In this document: piece by piece, positions 53,198 to 64,000 of the stretch
Layout of the letters: every line of letters starts with the position of its first letter
Numbering within the stretch: position 1 is the first letter of the stretch
Source: Octopus sinensis
Lineage: Eukaryota
Reading direction: 5' to 3'
DNA: 64,000 bases
Assembly (NCBI RefSeq): GCF_006345805.1
Contig: NC_043001.1
Location: 110,484,001 to 110,548,000, forward strand
The notes under the pieces: generated by a model
Seen by the model: the letters and a program-made list of their open reading frames with translations, nothing else
Told to the model about the DNA's origin: nothing
Databases searched by the model: none
Translations under genes and position numbers: made by a program

Positions 53198-54264
53198 TTA
53201 TTATAGTTATTTAAACATTTTATAGCGTACCTTCTCTGATTCTATCAAGAAACTGTGCTCCTCCTGAAAAAAAATCTTTTTTGCCAGAATTTCATCCGTT
53301 CGAATTTTCACATACAGTGTCCCTTCCTTAGTTCTTTTTCATTGTTAAAATATTAAGCACTACTACTTTTATGAAGAGTCATTCATTTATAATAACAAAG
53401 TCATCCTCTTACTTCGGTTGCTGTTTTTACGCAAGCTTTCATTTTGTTTTCCTCAAAAGCAAGACACTCGTATTCTTCGTTCATTTAGACTTGAATTTCT
53501 TTACAGTGGAACTTTCTGGGCATTGAAGTTAAGTTGGTCCGTCTTGCATTTCGATTCTACATTTTTGCAGAAGCTTCCAGAAGAAATCCGTCTATCATTT
53601 TCCTGCATTCAAATTTCATTTGGTCATACATTGCATGGTATATTTCTTCCGTGTCGCGATGATCAAAATTATTGTCATTCAATTTAAATCCTAGCTTTTG
53701 TATTATTTCTCGAACGTATCTTCGCTCCTTGCGGTTTTCCTGATCTTCAGATTATTTGAACTTTGCCTGGTATTAACTTCGCATAGCATAGTTTGTAGTT
53801 ATTTGTCAGCATGCTTCAAAATATGATCAGTCTTGAAATATAGTTTGTAATCCAATGGTAGCTAATGTCCTTTTAATTTAGGAACACAATCTTGGCATGT
53901 TTCAATCATACATTTCCTTGCTCTGCTTGCCTTTATGCTAAATCTTATTCGAGAATATTGAATTTATATTTCAATATAATTGTTGTATATTTACACTGAC
54001 CCGGTTTGAAAGGTTTCTTATTTCTTTACTTTTCTGGGAATTCTCGGCAAACGATAGAACTCAACTCACATTTTCATAGTAAGTTTTAAAAAATATATTT
54101 AATTACTTCAGAAAACCTACGTTTAAAACTTAAATAAATATTTCCAATTTTGGAAGCATTTGCGTTTAAAAGAATAGCACGCAATTACGAATAAAATTCA
54201 AGAAATTCCACGCAAATTATATTTAAAATAAAGCATAAAATATTCTATAAATTTTGAGCTGTGG

Positions 54265-54480
54265 CACCACCTTTAAGAGTTTTAAGCCAAATTAACTGAC
54301 TCCAGTACCTCCAAGACTTATTATTTAAAATCTGGTAGCGATAACTCCTGCCGATCTGATAAGTCCCCGAAACTAAATACACCAACACCAGTAGTCAAGC
54401 GGTGGTGGGGGACAAACGCGGACACACGCAAAACACATACACGCTCAAACACGCACAAACACACACATACGCATACATAT
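54265..54480 (-). mobile_element. SINE-B 3' half, degenerate
   Basis: acaccaacaccagtagtcaagcggtggtgggggacaaac matches the reverse-complemented SINE-B body. Confidence 0.7.
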
Positions 54481-55684
54481 ATATATATATACATATATAT
54501 AAATATAATTATTACAAATTTGGGATATATACCAATAAATAAGCAACTCCTATTTCAGGATAACCTCATGGGATATATTCAGTACCGGACAAGGATTTTG
54601 CATTATTTGTTATATTTACTTTACCTGGTTACGATCTTACGTACACTTTCAAGTCTTTCTCAGTCATCTCCCTTTAGGCTGTTTAAAGATGTTTCTTTTC
54701 TTTCCTCACTTATTAATTTTACTCGCGTCTCTCTCTTAGCAGAAACTGATTGATACAGAATTCAAGATACATAAACAAACGGCAGCAAAACATTCAGAAA
54801 TTAAATAACACTAACATATTTTTATAATATATATATATGTCATATACATATATACATACATCTATAAACCGATCTAAAGCAACAGGAATACCAAAGGAAG
54901 GCCGGAATTTAAATTCAATGGAGAAATTTGATGTGTAAAACGAGTAAATCTTAAGACAAGCACGGGTAGCGAAAAAATTAAACTCGTACTGCGAGGTATT
55001 ACTGTATAAGTGAGGTCTGTGTGAAAGAGAGCAGGAAAGTTTACTATTTCAATGTGAAATTACATTCAAAGAACAAAATAACAACAACATGAATATTAAT
55101 CTATTTCTTTAAAATTCCTATTTATACATTTCAGATTTCTTTTACATTCAAACATATATTTTGCTGTATTTGTATAAGTAAATACACACATATGTATGTT
55201 TAAATAAAACTTCGTATCTCTACAGAGAAATACAGGTTTAGAAACTTAAATTTATATGATATTTATATCAACATTCGCTATAGATTTTACTGCTGGTTTT
55301 TTTTTCTTTCCTTGTGTTATATAAATTTATATGTATATTTTAGATAGCTTCCGTATTTCAATTATTTCATATTTCTTTTCAGTGTATATTTACATACTTC
55401 TAGTTTGTTTCCCTCGATAATATTGTATCACTTTCTTCTGCAATACAAAAAGTGATATATGTCAGAAAAGCTACTGAACGTGTTAACATCTGTAAACGCG
55501 CTTTAAAATACATGTCAAAATTTTAAATCTCGTTAGCGTTGATCACGGGTAATATCAAAAGCCCAAACTGATAAATATCTTTTACTGATTCAATAAAGAT
55601 CACACACACCACACACACATGCACGCACGCACGCATTCACACACACAAACACACACACACGCACATACACACACTCATGGTAGT

Positions 55685-55790
55685 CCCATGGAATGGCACC
55701 TTGGGCAAGTGTCTTCTACTATAGCCTCGGGTCGACCAAGCCTTGTGAGTCGATTTGGTAGACAGAAACTGAAAGAAACCTGTCGTATAT
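55685..55790 (+). mobile_element. SINE-B 5' fragment
   Basis: ggcaccttgggcaagtgtcttctactatagcctcgg...gaaactgaaagaa. Confidence 0.85.
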
Positions 55791-56622
55791 ATATATATTA
55801 ATATTAGGGAAGTTATTTCCGAGTTCACAGGTGAGAGAAGATCAATTTAGTGGTACTCAAATGAACTACTCACTGTATTATATACATAAATATAGATAGG
55901 TTTTTGAGACAGAATCACCCTCAAGCAACTCAATCATCATTGAATGACATTATCCACAGGTACATATAGGTACATATATGATTAAATATTAAAATTATCA
56001 AAATCAATTCCTTCAATTCTTATTTCAAATCATATACTTTACATTATCTAGACTACGTGCGTTTCATGACAACATATTCCTCGATATTGCTGAAATAGAA
56101 TGTCTCTAAATACAATACCATATTAAAACGATTATATTGTCAATCTTGAGGTCTAGCATATATGAACTTATTTTGCTATTTACATCCTATACAAAGACAT
56201 GATAAACTAAAATTATATAACTAGAATTTGTTGGAATAATTTTACATTTGTAAATAATGAACAGAAATGTGCAATGAAAGTAGGAAAAAGAAATGTTAGT
56301 AAAAAGAAATGTTAACTTATCTGTATGGTAATTTTCTATCCATGAATTAAACATGGCTACCAGCAATCTTATAATCCTCAATGTTGGAGATATTGTATTC
56401 CAGCATTATAAAGAAATATGTTGTTATGAAACGCACGTAGTCTATATAATGTAAATTGTATGATTTGAAATAAGAATTGAGGTCATTAATTTTAATAATT
56501 TGGAATAAGAATTGTAGGTATTCATTTTGGCAATTTTAATATTTAATCCTTTATGTACCTATCGTGGATAATGTCATTCAATGATGATTGAGTTGCTTGA
56601 GGATGATTCTGTGTCTTAAACC

Positions 56623-56677
<55 letters not shown>

Positions 56678-56744
56678 ATCTATCTATCTATCTATCTATG
56701 TATCTATCTATCTATCTATCTATCTATCTTCTATTATATATATA

Positions 56745-56823
<79 letters not shown>

Positions 56824-56845
56824 GATATATACATATATGTATTGC

Positions 56846-56877
<32 letters not shown>

Positions 56878-56919
56878 GTGTATATATATATATATATGTA
56901 TATATGGCTCTCTGAGTGT

Positions 56920-57005
56920 ATGTATATATTTGTGTGTCGTTTTTGTCCCCCCACCGTCGCTTGGCAACCGATGTTGGTTTGTTTACGTCCCCGTAACTTA
57001 GTGTC
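56920..57005 (+). mobile_element. SINE-B middle fragment
   Basis: tttgtcccccca..gcttggcaaccgatg..tttacgtccccgtaacttag. Confidence 0.8.
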
Positions 57006-57279
57006 TCAGGGTTCGATGTAACTGAATTATACTCTCTTACGAAATCGCTGACCTTGGGATCGAATTTCATGCCAAGTAAGTTCGCGTGTGTGGCAAGCTT
57101 GCTGACCCACCCGAGCGTTGGTACAATTTCATCTTTATCACATCCCGTTGCAGTCAACTTTGCCAATCAGCCATTGGGTGGCTATAAAATTAACCCAATC
57201 ATGCTGATTGTCGGTTTAAACTTAAATTATAAGGATATAAAACATATGTTGTTTGTTCTTTCTCAAGATACGCCTAGCT

Positions 57280-57530
57280 CATTAGGGCCGGTTTCCCAGT
57301 TTCCTTGGCGTATAAGTTGCCCACCTGGCCGAGACGCCGGTCCGTCGCAGGTGAGCTGCAAGAAGCAGCAGGAATGAGTCAGCAGAAGTTTCGCTTTTAC
57401 CTCCTGCCGGAGTCGCATGGAACTTAGGTGTTTCGCTCGTAAACACACCACATCGCCCGGTCTGAGATTCGAACCCGCAATCCTCCGACCGCGTGTCCGC
57501 TGCTCTAACCACTAGGCCAAGTGCCTCTAC
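57280..57530 (-). mobile_element. SINE-C head with a third type of 3' tail
   Basis: 57400-57530 matches the 28130-28247 head; 57280-57380 differs. Confidence 0.75.
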
Positions 57531-58079
57531 ATATATAACATATACATCATAGAAATTGTGATTTGTGTATGATCTGTATCAAAGAATGAAAATATTCTGA
57601 ACGCGTATAAAATTCTGTATCAAACGGATTTCAATGAAATTATATTCAGTTTTTATTTAGGTCAAAACAATGGTATCTGTGAATCTTCAAGCAATTTCAT
57701 TTACTAGAAAATCTCGACACGAATGGGTTAAAGCAGGATGAATAATCTCGACCAAACTGCCTCCCCTCAAATCTGATCTTCTTGTCTCTAATTCAGAAAC
57801 CATTGTTATTACTGATGCCGTTGATGGCATCAAAAGCAACGTGGTCATTAGCAATGGATTCTTCTTCTATTGTGTTTGGCTTTTGTGAAGCTGTTAATTT
57901 CTTTCAGTTTGTACATTATCCGAATTACATAGTCTCTGGTGTAGCTTAAGTGCAATCTATCACATCTGAAACACCTGCTGAGAAAATGATATTTAAATCC
58001 CCCCATATTCTAAAATTACGGAAACTAGAAAGTAATCATTAAGCTTTATGTCTTTATATAAGGAATGAAATATTTGTGA

Positions 58080-58520
58080 ATAATGATGATGATGATGATG
58101 AAAGAAGAAGAAGAAGAAGAAGAAGAAGAAGAAGAAGGAGGAGGAGGAGGAAGTGGAGAAGAAGGAAAAGGAGAAGAAGAGGAGGCAAAAGAAGTAGGAA
58201 AAGAGGAAGAACAACAACAAGAAAAAGTAGGAAAAGAGGAAGAAGAAGAAGGAGAAGAAGAAGAAGAAGAAGAAGAAGAAGAAGGAGGAGTAGTAGTAGT
58301 AGAAGAAGAAGAACAAAAAGAAGAAAAGTTAGAAGAAGAAGAAGCAGAAGAGAAGAAAAATAGAAGGAGAAGAAGAAGAAGAAGAAGAAGAAGAAGAACA
58401 AAAAGAAGAAAAGTTAGAAGAAGAAGAAGCAGAAGAGAAGAAAAATAGAAGGAGAAGAAGAAGAAGAAGAAGAAGAAGAAGAAGAAGAAGAAGAAGAAGA
58501 AGAGCAGCAGCAGCAGCAAA
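58080..58520. repeat. (GAA)-rich compound microsatellite with a ~75-bp internal tandem duplication
   Basis: gaacaaaaagaagaaaagttagaagaagaagaagcagaagagaagaaaaatagaaggag at about 58311 and 58395. Confidence 0.95.
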
Positions 58521-58641
58521 TATTGATGTATTTCTCAAAATACGTAGGAAAGGAAAATCATAGATATTGCAGTAACTGGGAAAGTACGAATGGTTGACAA
58601 AAACTGGCAAAGATTGAAATGTAGAAGCAATTAAAAGATAA

Positions 58642-59337
58642 GTAGTTAGTTAGTTAGTTAGTTAATTTGGCTCAAAAGCAAATAGCAAGGCCATGTAAGG
58701 GGACATGGAGTTAACTACAGGCTGGTGTTCATGTAAAGAGTTCAGGCCACTTGAGGTCAAGGGAGGCTTTGAACAAAGCGGTCGTCGGCATCTTCACCAT
58801 CTCGTCTGGCAGCTTGTTCCACGGATCCGCAACCCGGACGGAGAAAGCTGCTCTCCTTCGATTGAGATGAAATTGTCGCAGGTAGAGCTTTTCGGAATGA
58901 CCCCGCAGCCGACGCTCTGGAGCAGGAGTGAAGAACAGCTCTTTCGAAAGGTTACACTTTTCGCTTATGATGTTGTGGGCGAGAATGAGATCACCACGGC
59001 GGCGGCGTTTTTCTAGAGAATAAAGGTCGAGCGTCCTCAGCCTTTCTTCATAGGACAAATTTTTGAGACCATGAACCATGCGGGTAGCCAGCTTCTGGAC
59101 CCTTTCGAGATGCTGTATGTCTTTGAGGAGATAAGGAGAAGAGGCTTGAATTCCGTACTCCAATATGGGTCTCACCAGCGTGACATAGAGTGGTAGGAAT
59201 ATGGCTGCTGTGAGCATTCCGAATGACCGTCGAATCAAGAACAGAATTCCGCGTGCTTTGTTGACAGCATGGACGCACTGGGCCGAAGGCGAAAAGGAGG
59301 AATCCACCAAGATACCCAGGTCCTTTACCTGATCGGT
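58642..59337 (-). mobile_element. CR1-clade LINE 3' fragment, same family as 4934-6112
   Basis: Near-identical to 4940-5637; open frame VDSSFSPSAQC...RRRRGDLI...VRVADPWNKLP; (TAAC)n tail. Confidence 0.95.
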
Positions 59338-59548
59338 AAGAGCAATGAAGAAAGTAAATGTAATTCCAACCGGGTTTCAGAAATTTCTTGGAGAAAATGG
59401 GATCGACACGGGGGATAGACATGCCCAGAAAATTGTATTATTGGGGGCAGTTAATGTTTTGATATTGATACTTGACCAGTGGTTTGCATCAACCACCAGA
59501 AATGGACAAATATTTACATAAACAGCACTGATAAGAAAAGTTTATAAA

Positions 59549-59752
59549 GTTCTATATTTAAGAGATGAGGAATTATTTACGTTATTTACATTTGACGTAT
59601 ATTTGTCCTCATCTAGTTTGTTGTTAATACAACGTTTCGGCTAATATACCCTCATCAGGTGCCTTCGGGAAATTTTGACTGATATACCCTCAGCAAGAAC
59701 CTGGATTCTCATTGCTAAGGTATTTATAGATGTTATTATTATTATTATTATT
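59549..59752 (-). mobile_element. Family-1 hammerhead element, copy C (stem II 5' arm deleted)
   Basis: Reverse complement 59663-59626: GGCAC-CTGATGA-GGGTATATTAGCC-GAAACGTT-GTATT; preceded by (AAT)n. Confidence 0.78.
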
Positions 59753-60561
59753 TTCCTATGGCGGTTTTGCTTATTCTACCTTAAACTTTCTCTTAGGTTA
59801 TATTATTTTACTTGGCTTTTTTTCTGAGTAAGGGAGAATATAATGATTAACGTCACTTATACTTAGTGTTATCATTATACCTAAAACCCTAACTACAGTA
59901 TATAACGTCATAGAGACATATACACATGAAACGCTATGAATATTAATGACATGTATGTTGACTATTTTCTTCATGTCCTTTAAACCGCTATAAGAAAATA
60001 TAAATTAAGATGTACAGAAGTGCATACTTATTTATGCTCAGTTGAAAAACAAACGTGAAGAGAAATATTTTCTTTTAATTAGTTTTATTATATAAATATA
60101 ACATTTTATATTATTTACAGTAGGAAAGAACGATAACTTTGTCGTGTAGAAGAACGACTATAAATTCATTAACTAATTTCTTAATTCTAACTAATACATT
60201 AACAAACAAATCAAAGTAGACTTCTGATTAACTTTAGACATGGCATGAAAATTACCGAAGTCTCAAAAGAGTGAGTGTCGTGGAGTTCAGTGACATCCAA
60301 CAAACACTGAAGTTTTTCCCAAAATCCAGGGTTTTTATAACTGCTCAACTTGACTAAAAAGAATCGAAATCCATGACAAATATTCTTTACGAAACTTTTA
60401 GAATCTTTATATGAGCAGTTATATTAACCAATGGAAAAAAACGAAAATAATAATTCGTCGGCAAAAACATTACGTCATATTGCCAATTCACGCCATATTT
60501 CAAAATGGCTAAAATGGTTATTGCTACATTATTATTGTTATTATTATTATTATCAATATTA

Positions 60562-60630
<69 letters not shown>

Positions 60631-60666
60631 GGTCAGTGCCTGGAATCGCCATATGTCCGTGGGCAA

Positions 60667-60852
60667 TTATGGAGTGAATTTTAGAGCTTGTACATCTAAT
60701 ATTTTCCTACCCTTCCTTAATACCAGTTCCCATATGCTGCTTATATCTGCACTCGGTCTGCTTAGGAGGTTGTTGTGTCCTAGCATATGTGCTGTTTCTT
60801 TTAGTTTTCGCATTTTCCGGTGGTGTTCTGTGTCTAGTATTTTAACTTCTGT
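60667..60852 (-). pseudogene. 3' end of a Penelope-like ORF (GIY-YIG C-terminal region)
   Basis: TEVKILDTEHHRKMRKLKETAHMLGHNNLLSRPSADISSIWELVLRK...FTP* resembles the PLE endonuclease C-terminal pattern (KILD.E....RK.KE..H....N..R....S.IW). Confidence 0.7.
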
Positions 60853-60856
60853 GGAA

Positions 60857-60936
60857 TGTGGAGTAGTGGATAAGAGAGCGGACTACTAACCCCAAGATTC
60901 TGAGTTCTATTCCAAGCAGTTACCTGAATAATAGTA

Positions 60937-60983
<47 letters not shown>

Positions 60984-61006
60984 TTAATATAATAATAATA
61001 ATATTA

Positions 61007-61057
<51 letters not shown>

Positions 61058-61092
61058 TTAATAATAATAATAATAATATAATAGTAATAATA

Positions 61093-61133
<41 letters not shown>

Positions 61134-61281
61134 TCGATAAAATACCTTAGGAACGAAAATCCAGTTTCGAAATTTCCCCCAAGGCACCTGATGCAGGCTG
61201 GAGAGTATACTTGCTGAAATGTTGTGTTAACAACAAACAAGATGAGGACAGGTATCAGTCAAATGTAAATAATGTAAATAA
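60857..61281 (+). mobile_element. Composite element, copy D: tRNA-like head + (AAT)n + hammerhead tail
   Basis: A box TGGAGTAGTGG 60859-60869, CTACTAA loop, B-box-like GAGTTCTATTCC 60902-60913, (AAT)n 60926-61131, decayed HHR 61183-61228. Confidence 0.8.
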
Positions 61282-61694
61282 GATGAGTTTACTTCAGTAC
61301 CAATATGATTTGAACGCACAACGTAAAGCCTTGGAAGGAAATGAATCTAAGGATTTCGTCTTGCGTGAGGTACCGGTATCGATACCCAGATTCTCCACGT
61401 TATCATTCATAGGCGCAGGAGTGGATGTGCACGCTGCAATTGTTTCCGTTCCAGCACACGATCTCAGATCAGGTCACTTGCTATGCAGGTACATCTCCGG
61501 ACATATTTCAAAAGTACGATACAAGAGTAAACCATGAGTGATCAATAACGAAAGAAATATAGTACGATAACATTTTATAACATGGATTTCTTCTTTTCGT
61601 CTAATCCGATAAACTAGCTTAATATCTGCATTAATTTAAAGAGTGTTTATAGTAATGTAGCTATGTAATTTATTTATTTAATTAAAACATATCA

Positions 61695-61861
61695 TAGGCG
61701 CAGGAGTGGCTGTGTGGTAAGTAGCTTGCTAACCAACCTCATGGTTCCGGGTTCAGTCCCACTGTGTGGTATCTTGGGCAAGTGTCTTCTGCTATAGCCC
61801 CGTGCCGACCAATGCCTTGTGAGTGGTTTTGGTAGACGGAAACTGAAAGAAGCCTGTCGTA

Positions 61862-61934
<73 letters not shown>

Positions 61935-62143
61935 TTGTGTCTCTGTGTTTGTCCCCCTAGCATTGCTGACAGCCGATGCTGGTGTGTTTACGTCCCCGTC
62001 ACTTAGCAGTTCGGGAAAAAGACCGAAAGAATAATTACTGGGTTTACAAAGAATAAGTCCCGGGGTCGATTTGCTCGACTAAAGGCGGTGCTCCAGCATG
62101 GCCGCACTCAAATGACTGAAACAAGTAAAAGAGTAAAAGAGTA
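61695..62143 (+). mobile_element. SINE-B, full length
   Basis: Head ataggcgcaggagtggctgtgtgg to tail aagtaaaagagtaaaagag. Confidence 0.93.
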
Positions 62144-62557
62144 TAAGAAAAATTATCTACGAATGTTTTATTACGTTATCAAACGATGGTGGTTACATAA
62201 GAATGAATTTCCAATGGCTAAATAAATTTATCATACTATATTTCTCTCGTAATTCATAACATCATATATATATATATATATACGCGGTCAGACATATTTG
62301 TCATAAGTACCACACCATATATTTACTAGGGTTCAATCGATTAAACTTATGAGGCATATTTTACAAGGTGTTAAATTTTTTTAGATATATATTTTTATAA
62401 TTTCATTGGACTCAAATTATTGAATATCTTATTATACGTAGTAACTAATTGTTTTTCGTATAGCATATATTCTGTTTCTGATTCCGTTTACTTTCGTTTT
62501 TAGAGACCCATTAGGATTCATTTTATCTACTTTGTAGAATTTAAATTCTATGGATCC

Positions 62558-62614
<57 letters not shown>

Positions 62615-62806
62615 CCTAAGTGTGTATACCTATATATATATATATAATATATATATACATATATATAAATATATATACATATATACACACACATACATAT
62701 ATACACGCATATATAAAGATGCATACATATATATACATAGATGCATATATATATATATATACACACACACACGCGTGCACACACACACATACACACATAC
62801 ACACAA

Positions 62807-62843
<37 letters not shown>

Positions 62844-63456
62844 ATATATATATATATGAGAGGCAATGAAGATCCCCATGCGAATTGCATTCTTCAAAAC
62901 AGCTGTCATGAATATGAATATTCACTTTTTTTTTTGAAATTTTGTTCCACATTCTTTGAATTCCATTACATTTTTATGTTGTTATATATATATAGAATTG
63001 AAAACAAAAGGAATGGTTGCAAATATGTAAATTCTTAATGTTATTTCAAATTGTCTTTATTGTCAGAATCAATTATACTTTTATAAATATTCCTCATATT
63101 TATGTAATATTTTGTCTTTAGTTAAACTTTAAATTTCGTTTTCTCAATGCGTTTTTCTCTGTATTTCTTTTCTCACCGTCGAAAGTTTGTTTCTGTATTT
63201 TTGTTTTTTTTGCATCATATAAAACCATATGAACGTTATGTCAGAGAATTTCCGGGTAACGAATTCTACCATTGCGACTAAACAAATGCAGGAAACGCTT
63301 GACAAATGTTGGAAATCATTACAGTTTACGATGTCAAAACCTGAATAGCACATACTTATTGCAATCTACCATTGGAACCTCCGTTGAAACATACAGCCCT
63401 TTCTTTAACAACTTTTGTCACTACTCTCATTTTCTTTCTTTCAGTCTGTCTGCCTG

Positions 63457-63501
<45 letters not shown>

Positions 63502-64000
63502 CTCTCTCTACCTCTCTCGAAGATAGGTGTATCAACACAAGCAAATGTATTAGATTTGACACGCGGTGAAAATGGAAGTCTTTTAGATTTCGAGCCAACA
63601 CTCTTCGACTGAAAGGAATACGAGGAAATAAAATGAGAAAGAATGAAAGAAAGAAAAGTGTTGAGTTCAGTGGTCCAACATGGCGAATTATTGGAAAACA
63701 AGGTTAAATGAAAGGGACATAATAATAAAGGGAAGTTGAATGAAGGAGAAATACTTCATGGTGATGCCGAAAAGAGGAGGAGCGCAAGCGATTGTGAGTA
63801 CCTGACAATGGTATGTGTGAATGGGGGAGAGTGAGTTTGACGTGAGAGTGTGTGTGTGTGTGTGTATGAAAAGTGTGTGGGTTCATATGTCTATATATGC
63901 ACACACACACATACACACACACACACACACAAGCACACGCATACACACATATATCGTCAAGAGATGGAAGCTAGATTTTCTCAGTACAGTAAACGCGTAG

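Noticed and set aside
58046-58610. Poly-E/R/L/F ORFs
   Set aside because: Translations of a (GAA)n compound microsatellite; the same applies to 18463-19080, 30801-31112 and the many IYIY/YIYI ORFs from (TA)n.

Overview
AT-rich, microsatellite-saturated animal genomic DNA, most likely a coleoid cephalopod (Octopus); this is inferred from the SINE families and repeat make-up, not from a database search. No host gene can be securely called, and there is one weak candidate exon at 21.1-21.3 kb. Almost all ORFs in the supplied track are microsatellite or repeat read-throughs. Recognisable content: a 5'-truncated R4/Dong LINE inside (TAA)n, two CR1-clade LINE fragments, an RTE 3' fragment, a rearranged Neptune-type Penelope-like element (PLE) with a GIY-YIG domain, a second PLE ORF end, about 30 tRNA-derived SINE copies of at least 5 families, several MITE/Helitron-like elements, and local inverted and direct duplications including a ~570-bp zero-spacer palindrome. 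The most interesting signal is a set of hammerhead-ribozyme (HHR) folds from three unrelated families. (1) A PLE 3' module built as tRNA-like Pol III head + (AAT/GAT)n + minimal type I HHR, in 4 copies, 2 of them with the tRNA-like head. (2) A U3-A8 core-variant HHR in the terminal repeats of the Neptune element. (3) A solitary type I HHR with a long stem I at 14.46 kb.
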